Made by a program: the position numbers and the translations under genes. Of a stretch of 64,000 nt of DNA, positions 41,035 through 53,368 are shown in pieces. This DNA is from Eledone cirrhosa (Eukaryota), in contig OZ024746.1 in assembly GCA_964016885.1 (NCBI GenBank), positions 496,001-560,000 on the forward strand, in the 5' to 3' direction. Within the stretch, counting starts at the first letter, position 1. Each line of letters begins with the position of its first letter. The notes beneath the pieces were generated by a model. It searched no databases. It saw only the letters and a list, made by a program, of their open reading frames with translations, and was not told where the DNA came from.

Positions 41035-41123
41035 AGTCATGGTCAGGTCACCAGTTGGTGCTACTGGTAACATGTATCCCAGTACAACCTGTCTCATGGT
41101 CGGGTCGTTGGCGACTAAACTGG
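41035..41123 (+). ncRNA. Candidate degenerate HDV-like ribozyme at the element 5' end
   Basis: P1 AGTCATG/CATGGTC, P2 CCAGT/ACTGG, GG, P4 GTCG-ttgg-CGAC, CTAA-type J4/2; P3/L3 not well formed. Confidence 0.45.
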
Positions 41124-41625
41124 CAACTCCACCAAGGTTTCTTGGTGAGGAGGGTGACTTTGGACATCCTGCAGGACTAAAAACAAAACCTGTCAAAGGG
41201 CAAAGGAGCTCTTAAGAGTCAATGGCCATCCAAAATCAGCGGGCGAGATGACCCCTTAGCCTTTGTCAAGGCAGAATTCTAGGAGAAGGAGAGCTCTGAT
41301 ATAACACCTGCAACCCTGATGGTATCCAATGATGTTGACTTGTTCTTCTTTTTGGTAAATATCATCTTGGTTAAGAAAGTGGGACTGGCTTTGTGCAGTG
41401 CCTTTGCTCACTATAAAAGCTTCACGGCACAGGCATTGCTTTATATCTGCAGATCTCTCTGCACTTGTCGTTACATGGTACCATGGGCCCAGCACTATGT
41501 GTCAATAATTGTCACAAGTGCAGTGTTTGTACCAGAGTTTTCAATACGCTGGCTGGACTAAAAAGTCACACTCGTTCAGCGCATCGGTAAGGGTTCTCCT
41601 ACATCGAAAACGAGTTGGCAGCCAC
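41035..41625 (+). mobile_element. Non-autonomous retroelement resembling an RTE/BovB 5' UTR plus short 3' end
   Basis: TCTAGGAGAAGG..CTCTGATAT motif and terminus CGAGTTGGCAGCC; a second copy lies inverted at 54517-54860. Confidence 0.6.
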
Positions 41626-41633
41626 CATATATG

Positions 41634-41669
<36 letters not shown>

Positions 41670-41744
41670 TCATATAGTCATCATTATCATTGTTTGTCCA
41701 CGTTTCTCTTGCTGGTTTAAAGAACATATAACAGATTATATAAA

Positions 41745-42372
41745 CATGTGTGCTTGTATCTGTATGTGTGTGTCTATGTGTGTATGTCTACATGTGTGTC
41801 TGTGTGTGTGTGTGTGTGTGTCCGTCTGTATGTGTGTGTGTGTGTGAGTCTGTATGTGTGTGTGTCTGTATGTGTGTATGTCTGTGTACGTGTGTGTGTG
41901 TGTCTGTACGTGTGTGTGTGTGTCTGTATGTGTGTGTCTGTATGTCTGTATGTCTGTGTGTCTGTATGTCTGTGTGTCTGTCTGTGTGTGTGTATGTATG
42001 TGTGTGTGTGTGTGTGTCTGTCTGTCTGTACGTGTGTGTGTATGTATGTGTGTCTGTCTGTGTGTATGCATGTGTATGTGTGTGTCTGTGTGTGTGTGTG
42101 TTTTTATGTCTGTGTGTATGTGTATGTGTGTGTATGTCTGTACGTGTGTGTATGTCTGTATGTATGTGTGTGTATGTCTGTGTATGTGTGTATGTCTGTG
42201 TATGTGTATGTGTGTGTGTGTGTATGTATGTATGTGTGTATGTCTGTGTGTCTGTGTGTGTGTGTATGTCTGTGTATGTGTATGTGTGTGAATGTATGTC
42301 TGTGTGTCTGTGTGTGTGTGCGTATGTATGTGTGTGTATGTATGTCTGTGTGTGTGTGTGTATGCCTGTACG
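41745..42372. repeat. (TG)n/(TGTA)n/(TGTC)n compound microsatellite
   Basis: Direct. Confidence 0.97.
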
Positions 42373-42576
42373 TGGAGAGAGATGTAGAATGGTCAGAGAG
42401 AGGTTTATAAATAATTACTTTTCTCTCTTCTTTCAGACAACAACAACATCCATTGATGTGTTCTGACATGTTGGACAGTTGCTATGACAATGTCTTAGTC
42501 TATTGATAAACTTTCTCTCTCCTCTCTTCTCATCATCCTCACCTCTATTTAATGTCTATTATGTTAGACAGCCATC

Positions 42577-42765
42577 GATGCCGGTGGATTGGCAGTATCG
42601 GTAGAGGGTCGGACGCCATGTTTTGACGCATAGAGTTACGTCCCTTTACTATCTGAGTTCAAATCCCGCCGAGGTTGACTTTGCCTTTCATTCTTACGGG
42701 GTCGATAAAATAAAGTACCAGTAATGCACTGGATAATTGCTGGCCTTGTGCCTAAAGTAGAAACA
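42577..42765 (+). mobile_element. Short SINE with 19-bp TSD
   Basis: TSD ATTATGTTAGACAGCCATC at 42558-42576 and 42766-42784; B-box-like GAGTTCAAATCC. Confidence 0.93.
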
Positions 42766-43195
42766 ATTATGTTAGACAGCCATCATGTACTAAGGACTAG
42801 CCAGGTAACAAGGTCCTGGTAACATGTTTCTATGGCTGGATGTCCTTCCTAACACCAACCACTTCACAGTGTCGACTTACAGGGTGAGATGGGTACTTTT
42901 TTTGAGGCAATAAAAGGTTTGGATGACGACAATTGCATGCATCGTCCCACCCTGGGGGAGTTGTATTGACATCCAGCTTTTCTTGAACATTTTTACACCC
43001 AATCCTCCCTAGTTCTGAATATAGCAGGTTTGTTTCCAGAAAAGGAGAGAAAGGAAGTGAGAAAGAGGAAGAATTGACCCCCAGTATTAGACTGGTATTT
43101 TCTTTATCAACCTCGAATAGATGAAAGGAACACAAAAAGACATGATATGCTGAGAGGACCTGCACAACTTAACATCTTGATGATGATCATGATAT

Positions 43196-43243
<48 letters not shown>

Positions 43244-43561
43244 ACGTAAAACCTGTTATACTTTCTTCAAAACTCCACTGTGCTGCTTTCATTAACCGCT
43301 TTCTTAGTTTTCACTCTCTATTTCCCCCCTCTCTCTCTTTCTCCCCCCCCCCTCTTTTCCACTCTCTCTCTCCCTCTCTTCCACTCTCCGCCCCTCTCCC
43401 TCCCTTCCTCTCTCTCTATCTCCCTCCCTCCCTTCCTCTCTCCCTTCTTTCTCTTATATCTTACTTGTTATATTTTACAATAGAAATGACATTCCTCTCA
43501 TTCCTGAAGATAATCTCATTAACCAGGTGAATACATCTTACATGTTCATTAGCATTTATAC

Positions 43562-44735
43562 TATACCACACCTGAGAGTCAATCACAGGTAGAGGTGTCA
43601 CTAGTTATACCACACCTGAGTCAATCACAGGTAGAGGTGTCACTAGTTATACCACACCTGAGAGTCAATCACAGGTAGAGGTGTCACTAGTTATACCACA
43701 CCTGAGTCAATCACAGGTAGAGGTGTCACTAGTTATACCACACCTGAGAGTCAATCACAGGTAGAGGTGTCACTAGTTATACCATGCCTGAGTCAATCAC
43801 AGGTAGAGGTGTCACTAGTTATACCATGCCTGAGTCAATCACAGGTAGAGGTGTTACTAGTTATACCACACCTGAGTCAATCACAGGTAGAGGTGTCACT
43901 AGTTATACCACACCTGAGAGACAATCACAGGTAGAGGTTCACTAGTTATACCACACCTGAGAGACAATCACAGGTAGAGGTGTCACTAGTTATACCACAC
44001 CTGAAAGCCAATCACAGGTAGAGGTGTCACTAGTTATACCACACCTGAAAGCCAATCACAGGTAGAGGTGTCACTAGTTATACCACACCTGAGAGTCAAT
44101 CACAGGTAGAGGTGTCACTAATTATACCACACCTGAGAGACAATCACAGGTAGAGGTTCACTAGTTATACCACACCTGAGAGTCAATCACAAGTAGAGGT
44201 GTCACTAGTTATACCACACCTGAGAGTCAATCACAGGTAGAGGTGTCACTAGTTATACCACACCTGAAAGCCAATCACAGGTAGATGTGTCACTAATTAT
44301 ACCACACCTGAGAGACAATCACAGGTAGAGGTGTCACTAGTTATACCACACCTGAGAGACAATCACAGGTAGAGGTTCACTAGTTATACCACACCTGAGA
44401 GACAATCACAGGTAGAGGTGTCACTAGTTATACCACACCTGAAAGCCAATCACAGGTAGAGGTGTCACTAGTTATACCACACCTGAAAGCCAATCACAGG
44501 TAGAGGTGTCACTAGTTATACCACACCTGAGAGTCAATCACAGGTAGAGGTGTCACTAATTATACCACACCTGAGAGACAATCACAGGTAGAGGTTCACT
44601 AGTTATACCACACCTGAGAGTCAATCACAGGTAGAGGTGTCACTAGTTATACCACACCTGAGAGTCAATCACAGGTAGAGGTGTCACTAGTTATACCACA
44701 CCTGAAAGCCAATCACAGGTAGAGGTGTCACTAGT
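43562..44735 (+). repeat. 42/44-bp minisatellite (TATACCACACCTGAGAGTCAATCACAGGTAGAGGTGTCACTAGT), ~27 copies
   Basis: TATACC at 43562 and 43606. Confidence 0.96.
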
Positions 44736-44814
44736 TTGACAGGTATTCTTCATTATATTTACCTGCTTTATTTAATCAGACCATTATAATAACACCTCTG
44801 ATTATTCCTTATGT

Positions 44815-45324
44815 GGAGGTGCATGACCTAGTGGTAAGGGTGACCTAGTGGTAAGGGTGACCCAGTGGTAAGGGTGACCCAGTGTTAAGGGTGACCTAGT
44901 GGTAAGGGTGACCTAGTGGTAAGGGTGACCTAGTGGTAAGGGTAACCCAGTGGTATGGGTGACCCAGTGGTAAGGGTGACCCAGTGATAAGGGTGACCCA
45001 GTGTTAGGGGGGACCTAGTGGTAAGGGTGACCTAGTGGTAAGGGTGACCCAGTGGTAAGGGTGACCTAGTGGTAAAGGTGTTGGACTTACAATCATAATG
45101 TCGTGGGTTCAATTCCTGTGTTGTGTTCTTGAGCAAAACACTTCATTTCACGTTGCTCCAGTATACTCAGCTGAAAATGAGTACCAGTAATAGCTGGGGG
45201 GTTTAACCCTGTGATGGACTGGAGTACTGTCCAGGGCAGACTTTACCCTCAGTCGCTTCATACCACAAAACCAGGATAAGACCCGACCTTATGAGTCTCC
45301 TGGCTTAAGATATACTTTACTTAG
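44815..45324 (+). mobile_element. tRNA/CORE SINE whose A-box region is tandemly amplified (17 bp x ~15)
   Basis: GGAGGTGCA + (TGACCTAGTGGTAAGGG)n at 44824-45080, then TTGGACTTACAATC..GGTTCAATTCC B-box and CORE body. Confidence 0.9.
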
Positions 45325-45325
45325 A

Positions 45326-46272
45326 CTAGAAGTGTATCCCGGCGTTGCACGGGTAAGAACATTGGTAATAGCACCTCCAATGAGAAACGTTTATTTGTGA
45401 GTGCCTGTTAAAAACTCATGAAAATATACTGACAGGAAACTTGTTTTATTTGGAGAAAATTAAGAAGTTGAAAGTAGAGTTTAGCTGTCTACGTGCATTG
45501 TTCATAGAAATATTGTTGAGCCCCTTCTTTTCATACTCCTCTGATTTGGCCTATTGGAGTAAATGTGAAAGAGAAAGTCACAGGTTAAGTTGGCAGAGGT
45601 TCCAATGTCATAGCAGTAAGGCGTAGGCTACTTACCTCAAAAGTTCATTCGCACTCTTTCCACTAAGTTACTCTTTCTCTCTATCCCTCTCGGTGCAGTC
45701 CCTTGCAAATTTCTCACGTAAGCCTGATGTAGATTTGCACCCGATCCATCTACCCGATGCACATGTCCGCTTTGTAGGAAGGAGTGACCAGCAGTACGTT
45801 TTTCAGTATTATTACGAAAAGGTGTAGCAGAGAATCCCACGTGAACTAACAGTTCGGGAGGAAACTGTTTACCTCAAAGATTCATTTGCCATCGTTCTTG
45901 TCAACGCTCCGTTTAGTTGGTATTTGTTGGTCTACAGTTAGATGAATGGTGCACAAAGGGTTAATGTTTATTGGCAAGAAGTTTTTTGAATAATAAAAGA
46001 CGTGTTAAAGCGACCTACAATGTATCTGTGTGTATATATATTAACCTTTTAAGGAAGTACACCAGTCCAGCCTCCTGTTATTCTATAATAATTAACTCCA
46101 TACTCACACCACCAACTACACAAACGAAGACGGGTGAGTTGCATTACGTTGAGTGCTCTCCATAAAATTACATCGAGATTGACCATACGGAATGACCAGT
46201 TCTATCCAGTGGTGAACCAACAAACCTAAATAAATATATATACACACAGATACATACACATGTGTATGTATG

Positions 46273-46303
<31 letters not shown>

Positions 46304-46360
46304 ATATACATATATTTTTATGTGTATATTTATATATATATGTATATATGTATGTGTTTG

Positions 46361-46398
<38 letters not shown>

Positions 46399-46824
46399 TG
46401 TATATGTGTATATATGTGTGTGTATATGTATATATGTGTATTTATATATATATATGTATATATAAGTATATATGTATATATATGTCGAGGCACATGGCTT
46501 AGTGGTTAGAGCATTGGCCTTGCAATCGAAACGTTGTGAGTTCAATTCTCAGACCGAGTGATGTGTTGTTTCCTTGAGCAAGACACTTTATTTCACATTG
46601 CTCTAGTTCACTCAGCTGTAGAAATGAGATGATAGGGACTGGGGTCTCTATCATTCCACTGCAAAGTGGTCGTGGAGGTGCCACGGCACAAAAGCACCCA
46701 GCACTCACTGTAAATGAGGTTGGTGTTAGGAAGGGCATCCAGCTGTAGAAATCAAGCCAGAATCAGTTCCCGTTCCACCCTTGCAAGCAGGGAAAAGCGG
46801 ACGTAAAATGGTGAAAAAAAAAAA

Positions 46825-46859
<35 letters not shown>

Positions 46860-47153
46860 AATGTAGCGAAGATAATACGTCAGCAATGACGTGTTCGTCA
46901 AAATGTCGTTATGCAAATAGCCAGACATACAGATAGATATTATAAGGGCTCGACAGAGATCGATAACCGACGCCTAACACCCATTTAACAACAGAAAATT
47001 GAAAAATAAAAGTGACAGTTAGTATCTTTAGACCGCAAGTAATATATAGATGCAAGTTTGGAGTCAATTGGAGTAGAAATGTGGATTTGTATAGACTTTG
47101 CAAAAATGAGGACACGGACACATACACACACACAACAGTTTTATATATATAGA
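45326..47153 (-). mobile_element. Full-length non-autonomous Helitron
   Basis: Minus strand A|TCTATATATATAAAACTG ... ACCCGTGCAACGCCGGGA hairpin, CTAG|T; homologous to 9070-9963. Confidence 0.9.
46486..46813 (+). mobile_element. tRNA/CORE SINE with RTE-derived tail, nested in the Helitron microsatellite
   Basis: TGGCTTAGTGG A-box, GTTCAATTC B-box, CORE segment, tail matching the RTE UTR at 60820-61060. Confidence 0.9.
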
Positions 47154-47261
47154 TAATCCTTTGAGCTATTCTTGAGTATATTTTATCTAACACTGTAGGA
47201 CCATAAACTTGACCACTGTCACTTCTTTTTCTTCATACTGTAACATACAGCTTGACCAAAG

Positions 47262-47445
47262 ATCAACAATTTTTGGGGGTGGGGGGGGGGGAAATAAAAT
47301 TGACCCCAGTACATTACTGGTATTTCAACCCCATAAGGATGGAAGACAAAGCTAACCTCAGAGGGATTTGAACTGAGAATGTAAAGGGACGTAACTCTAT
47401 GCCACAAAGCATGTTCTCCAACACTCTACCGATTACTGCCAATGC
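47262..47445 (-). mobile_element. Short SINE, degenerate copy
   Basis: Reverse complement of the 42577-type SINE. Confidence 0.75.
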
Positions 47446-47629
47446 ATAAGGAAAATAATGATAAGTTGTAGTTCAGCTACAATACAGAGATCAGCCAAAC
47501 AAAAGCCAAGGTTATATACCTTAATTAAAGCTCATTTACAGGTGTGCAGGATTTCCTTTCTATAGAAAGTAATCTTTTCTTTTCCACAATAAAATGTTGT
47601 TTTTATGTTTGTTTTTTATTTGCTAGGTG

Positions 47630-47890
47630 TGGAGAAATTGAGAGATGACAGCTCTGATATTACAGACATGTAGTTGGAATGTCTCAGGAAAGAATCGCTG
47701 GACAGATTTTACAGGCAAAACCAAATGGAAAGAGATCCAGTGGTAGACCCCAAGCAAGATGGTTGGATAACATTTATGAGCTTGGCTGGGGATCCCGCTG
47801 GATTAGTTGGAGACGATTGTTAATGACAAGGACCCGTTGGAAGGAATGTTTGAGGACTCTGACCCCATGACCCTCTCAGGAATAAGTGAA
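47630..47890 (+). mobile_element. RTE LINE 3' fragment (family B)
   Basis: MSQERIAGQILQAKPNGKRSSGRPQARWLDNI..WKECLRTLTP. Confidence 0.82.
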
Positions 47891-48135
47891 CAAAGATGTG
47901 TTAGGCTGTATATAATTCATTGAGTAGGTATAATTATCTAAAGTGATCAAGAATACACCTGTCTGTTATGACACTTGGGTGCTGTTTATAGTGTCTAATC
48001 TTTATATTAAGACATCAGGAAGAGTCTGAAGAGAACAACAGTACTGTTAAGTGATTTGGAGGAATTTGTAGAGACCAACTTTACTAAGAAATTAGGAGTT
48101 GGTCTTTATAAGTATAGTCATTATTTAACTGGGGG

Positions 48136-48312
48136 TTATCAGTATCAGTAGAGGGTCGGACGCCATGCTTTGACGCATAGAGTTACGGTCCTTGCCATTC
48201 TGAGTTCAAATCCCGCCGAGGTTAACTTTGCCTTTAATCCTTACGGGGTCGATCAAATAAAGTACCAGTAATGTACTGGGTAATTGCTGGCCTTGTGCCA
48301 ATAGTAGAAACA
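48136..48312 (+). mobile_element. Short SINE with 16-bp TSD
   Basis: TSD ATTATTTAACTGGGGG at 48120-48135 and 48313-48328. Confidence 0.9.
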
Positions 48313-48456
48313 ATTATTTAACTGGGGGCGGGGATGATGGATAGGAAACACAATAACAACAACAAGATTAATCTAAATATTTTTCTTTTTCTTTCTTTTG
48401 TTTCAACTGTAAAATGTAGGTTTTCTTTCAACTAACAATATATTTTCACACAAACT

Positions 48457-48657
48457 AACTATACTATAGTCACTACACTATACTATAGTATAGTCACTAT
48501 AGTATAGTATACTATAGTGACTATAGTATAGTATAGTTACTATACTGTATTATACTATAGTCACTACACTATACTATAGTCACTAACTATACTATAGTTA
48601 CTATACTATAGTCACTATACTGTACTATAGTCACTATACTGTACTATAGTTACTATA
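48457..48657. repeat. Self-complementary short tandem repeat built from ACTATAGT / ACTATACTATAGTC
   Basis: Palindromic units; orientation flips near 48505. Confidence 0.85.
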
Positions 48658-49330
48658 AATCCCAGCCTGTTATATATACATTGATTGACAAAACAATTGA
48701 TACACCCAGTAAATTATTTCCTAGGAACCTTGTTAAAAGCTGATTTTCTTCTCAAATCAACCATCAAGGTTGTTAGCTTCACTATTAATATCAACCTTAT
48801 TTCAAACTCAGATTTATATACTAATTAGAGTGTCTTAAATCCAGTCTAGACACACATGTTGTTTATCTTGCAGGTTTAAGCAAAATATTGTATATATATA
48901 TATAGGAAGTGGCACTAACACAGCATACTGAATCATAGGGGTGTATATGAAAGCATATACTATGCCTTTATTCTATATATACATCTATATATGTTATGTG
49001 TGTATATATATTTATACACATATATACTTCATTTATGTTAAATCATTTACCAATGGGTAGAACTGGTGGTTTGGGTTGGCAAATGATGATGCAACAAATT
49101 AATTAAAGCACTCAACATTAGGTAAGTCATCCATCATAGATGTGGGATCCAGTGGTTGATGCAGGAACGGAGTAAAGTATTCATTAATACAACAACAGAA
49201 GACTGCGATTGTTATGAGGAGGGACTGGCCAGTCAGCAGCGATGTACCTTAATCATTTGGTTGATAACGTCAGGCTATGTATAAAAATATACTATGTGAG
49301 TCACATGTATATCTAGATAGTAAGTTTGAA

Positions 49331-49369
<39 letters not shown>

Positions 49370-49685
49370 AGTCACGCGTATATCTAGATAGTAAGTTTGA
49401 TCACAACATCCTAAAAAATAAATACAAAATCATTGAAAAGTATTAAGTCTAATAAGGTTACTTGACTTTGATGTCATAATCCCATAATGATAAAAACAAT
49501 AAACGTTGCCATAAGTTGATGGTACCTGCTTAGCAACAATGACCCCCCCCCCCCTCTATCTGCTTCAATACACACAAGTCTCCATTTCTATTTCACTTAA
49601 CACAAGTTATTTTAGGTTAGTCAATGTTTAACTTAATTGTAAGTGGAAAATAGTTTTAATGGACCGAATATTTCTTCATGTAACA

Positions 49686-50055
49686 GGTGGTGGTGGTGGT
49701 GGTGGTGGTAGTGGTGGTGGTAGTGGTAATGGTGGTGGTAGTGGTCGGTAGTGGTGGTGGTGGTGGTAGTGGTAATGGTGGTGGTAGTGGTCGGTAGTGG
49801 TGGTGGTGGTGGTAGTGGTAGTGATGGTGATGGTAGTGGTGGTAGTGGTGGTAGTGGTGGTGGTAGTGGAGGAGGTGGTGGTGGTGGTGGTAGTGGTTGT
49901 GGTGGTGGTGATGATAATATTAGTGTCTTGTGTACATACACACACACATACATACTTATACACATGCACATGCGTATATACTCACACACACTTGTGTGCA
50001 TACATACACATAAACACATCCAACAACACACACACACACATACTAACACACACAC
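49686..50055. repeat. (GGT)n tract followed by a (CA)n tract
   Basis: Direct. Confidence 0.93.
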
Positions 50056-50167
50056 GTCCCTGTCTCTCCAGACATCTCCAGACAGTTCAGTCAGTAGATG
50101 TGAAGTGAGCTGTTATCTCTACCATATAAAGACCTTTATTAACAGCTAGAAACAGTAGAATGTAGTT

Positions 50168-52745
50168 TAAGGGAGTTAGCAACTAACGGGGGCTCAGATG
50201 GCAGTAAGGGAGTTAGCAACTAATGGGAGCTCAGATGGCAGTAAGGGAGTTAGCAACTAACGGGGGCTCAGATGGCACTAAGGGAGTTAGCAACTAACAG
50301 GGGCTCAGATGACACTAAGGGAGTTAGCAACTAATGGGGGCTCAGATGACACTAAGGGAGTTAGCAACTAACGGGGGCTCAGATGACAGTAAGGGAGTTA
50401 GCAACTAACGGGGGCTCAGATGGCACTAAGGGAGTTAGCAACTAACGGGGGCTCAGATGACACTAAGGGAGTTAGCAACTAACGGGGGCTCAGATGACAG
50501 TAAGGGAGTTAGCAACTAATGGGGGCTCAGATGACACTAAGGGAGTTAGCAACTAATGGGGGCTCAGATGGCAGTAAGGGAGTTAGCAACTAACGGGGGC
50601 TCAGATGACAGTAAGGGAGTTAGCAACTAATGGGGGCTCAGATGACACTAAGGGAGTTAGCAACTAATGGGGGCTCAGATGGCAGTAAGGGAGTTAGCAA
50701 CTAACGGGGGCTCAGATGACACTAAGGGAGTTAGCAACTAACGGGGGCTCAGATGACAGTAAGGGAGTTAGCAACTAATGGGGGCTCAGATGACACTAAG
50801 GGAGTTAGCAACTAACGGGGGCTCAGATGGCACTAAGGGAGTTAGCAACTAACGGGGGCTCAGATGACAGTAAGGGAGTTAGCAACTAATGGGGGCTCAG
50901 ATGACACTAAGGGAGTTAGCAACTAATGGGGGCTCAGATGGCAGTAAGGGAGTTAGCAACTAACGGGGGCTCAGATGACACTAAGGGAGTTAGCAACTAA
51001 CGGGGGCTCAGATGGCAGTAAGGGAGTTAGCAACTAACGGGGGCTCAGATGGCAGTAAGGGAGTTAGCAACTAACGGGGGCTCAGATGACACTAAGGGAA
51101 TTAGCAACTAACGGGGGCTCAGATGGCAGTAAGGGAGTTAGCAACTAACGGGGGCTCAGATGACAGTAAGGGAGTTAGCAACTAATGGGAGCTCAGATGA
51201 CACTAAGGGAATTAGCAACTAACGGGGGCTCAGATGGCAGTAAGGGAGTTAGCAACTAATGGGAGCTCAGATGACACTAAGGGTGTTAGCAACTAACGGG
51301 GGCTCAGATGACACTAAGGGAGTTAGCAACTAACGGGGGCTCAGATGGCAGTAAGGGAGTTAGCAACTAATGGGAGCTCAGATGACACTAAGGGAGTTAG
51401 CAACTAACGGGGGCTCAGATGACACTAAGGGAGTTAGCAACTAACGGGGGCTCAGATGACACTAAGGGAGTTAGCAACTAACGGGGGCTCAGATGGCAGT
51501 AAGGGAGTTAGCAACTAATGGGAGCTCAGATGACACTAAGGGTGTTAGCAACTAACGGGGGCTCAGATGACACTAAGGGAGTTAGCAACTAACGGGGGCT
51601 CAGATGACACTAAGGGAATTAGCAACTAACGGGGGCTCAGATGGCAGTAAGGGAGTTAGCAACTAACGGGGGCTCAGATGACAGTAAGGGAGTTAGCAAC
51701 TAATGGGAGCTCAGATGACACTAAGGGAATTAGCAACTAACGGGGGCTCAGATGGCAGTAAGGGAGTTAGCAACTAATGGGAGCTCAGATGACACTAAGG
51801 GAATTAGCAACTAACGGGGGCTCAGATGGCAGTAAGGGAGTTAGCAACTAATGGGAGCTCAGATGACACTAAGGGAATTAGCAACTAACGGGGGCTCAGA
51901 TGACAGTAAGGGAGTTAGCAACTAATGGGAGCTCAGATGACACTAAGGGAGTTAGCAACTAACGGGGGCTCAGATGACACTAAGGGAGTTAGCAACTAAC
52001 GGGGGCTCAGATGACAGTAAGGGAGTTAGCAACTAATGGGGGCTCAGATGACAGTAAGGGAATTAGCAACTAATGGGAGCTCAGATGACACTAAGGGAAT
52101 TAGCAACTAACGGGGGCTCAGATGACACTAAGGGAGTTAGCAACTAATGGGAGCTCAGATGACACTAAGGGAGTTAGCAACTAACGGGGGCTCAGATGGC
52201 AGTAAGGGAGTTAGCAACTAACGGGGGCTCAGATGACAGTAAGGGAATTAGCAACTAATGGGAGCTCAGATGACACTAAGGGAGTTAGCAACTAATGGGG
52301 GCTCAGATGACACTAAGGCAGTTAGCAACTAATGGGGGCTCAGATGACACTAAGGGAATTAGCAACTAATGGGAGCTCAGATGACACTAAGGGAGTTAGC
52401 AACTAATGGGAGCTCAGATGACACTAAGGGAGTTAGCAACTAATGGGAGCTCAGATGACACTAAGGCAGTTAGCAACTAATGGGGGCTCAGATGGCAGTA
52501 AGGCAGTTAGCAACTAATGGGGGCTCAGATGACACTAAGGGAATTAGCAACTAATGGGAGCTCAGATGACACTAAGGGAGTTAGCAACTAATGGGAGCTC
52601 AGATGACACTAAGGGTGTTAGCAACTAATGGGAGCTCAGATGACACTAAGGGAGTTAGCAACTAATGGGAGCTCAGATGACACTAAGGGTGTTAGCAACT
52701 AATGGGAGCTCAGATGACACTAAGGCAGTTAGCAACTAATGAGGG
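50168..52745 (+). repeat. 37-bp minisatellite (TAAGGGAGTTAGCAACTAACGGGGGCTCAGATGACAC), ~70 copies
   Basis: TAAGGG at 50168 and 50205. Confidence 0.98.
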
Positions 52746-52824
52746 CTCCAGGTGAAGTGGAAAAAGATGGATGCTCCTTTGATTTGCACAATAACCATTC
52801 AGGCTTTTGATCACCTAAACAGCC

Positions 52825-53198
52825 GACATGACACACACATATGACAGACATGACACCAACACAGACACAAGACAACACAGACACACAAGACAACACATGA
52901 CACAAGACAACACAGACACACAACACAACACATGACACAAGACAACACAGACACACAACACAACACATGACACAAGACAACACAGACACAAGACAACACA
53001 GACACACAACACAACACATGACACAAGACAACACAGACACAAGACAACACAGACACACAACACAACACAGACACACAACACAACACATGACAACACAGAC
53101 ACAAGACAACACAGACACACAACACAACACATGACACAAGACAACACAGACACAAGACAACACAACAACAAACATGACACAACACAACACCAACACAG
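52825..53198. repeat. Compound ACAAC/ACAG/ACATG low-complexity repeat
   Basis: Direct; source of the Cys/Val-rich ORFs. Confidence 0.9.
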
Positions 53199-53204
53199 AC
53201 CAAC

Positions 53205-53368
53205 AATTTTGTATTATAGTGTAAGTGGTTGAATATTCCACAGACACATGTGTACCTTTAATGTTGTCAGGGAGATTCAGCATGACACTGTGTGACAATC
53301 TTTTTAACAAGATTCTGTCTACCTATTTTCACTCACAAGTCTTAGGTCAATCACAGGCTGTGGTAAAG
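53205..53368 (-). mobile_element. SINE 3' fragment of a third family
   Basis: CCACAGACACATGTGTACCTTTAA..GGAGATTCAGCATGACAC recognised as SINE-like; probably related to the fragment at 12555-12640. Confidence 0.5.

Noticed and set aside
43562-44735. CACCTG / CAGGTAG motif cluster as an enhancer
   Set aside because: Short motifs multiplied by tandem repetition, with no independent support for function
46486-46560. tRNA gene (also at 6530-6602, 12790-12864 and 54137-54200)
   Set aside because: The A/B boxes are followed by CORE and LINE-tail sequence and no complete cloverleaf is evident; these are SINE heads
49040-49310. Possible CR1-like 3' remnant on the minus strand
   Set aside because: Similarity too degenerate to support by eye
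49633-50149. Gly/Pro/Thr-rich ORFs after an acceptor-like CAG (also the Pro/His-rich ORFs at 56564-57127)
   Set aside because: (GGT)n microsatellites with frame-breaking interruptions
52729-53310. Cys-rich metallothionein/keratin-like ORFs
   Set aside because: Antisense reading of an ACAAC/ACAG low-complexity repeat, open in all frames
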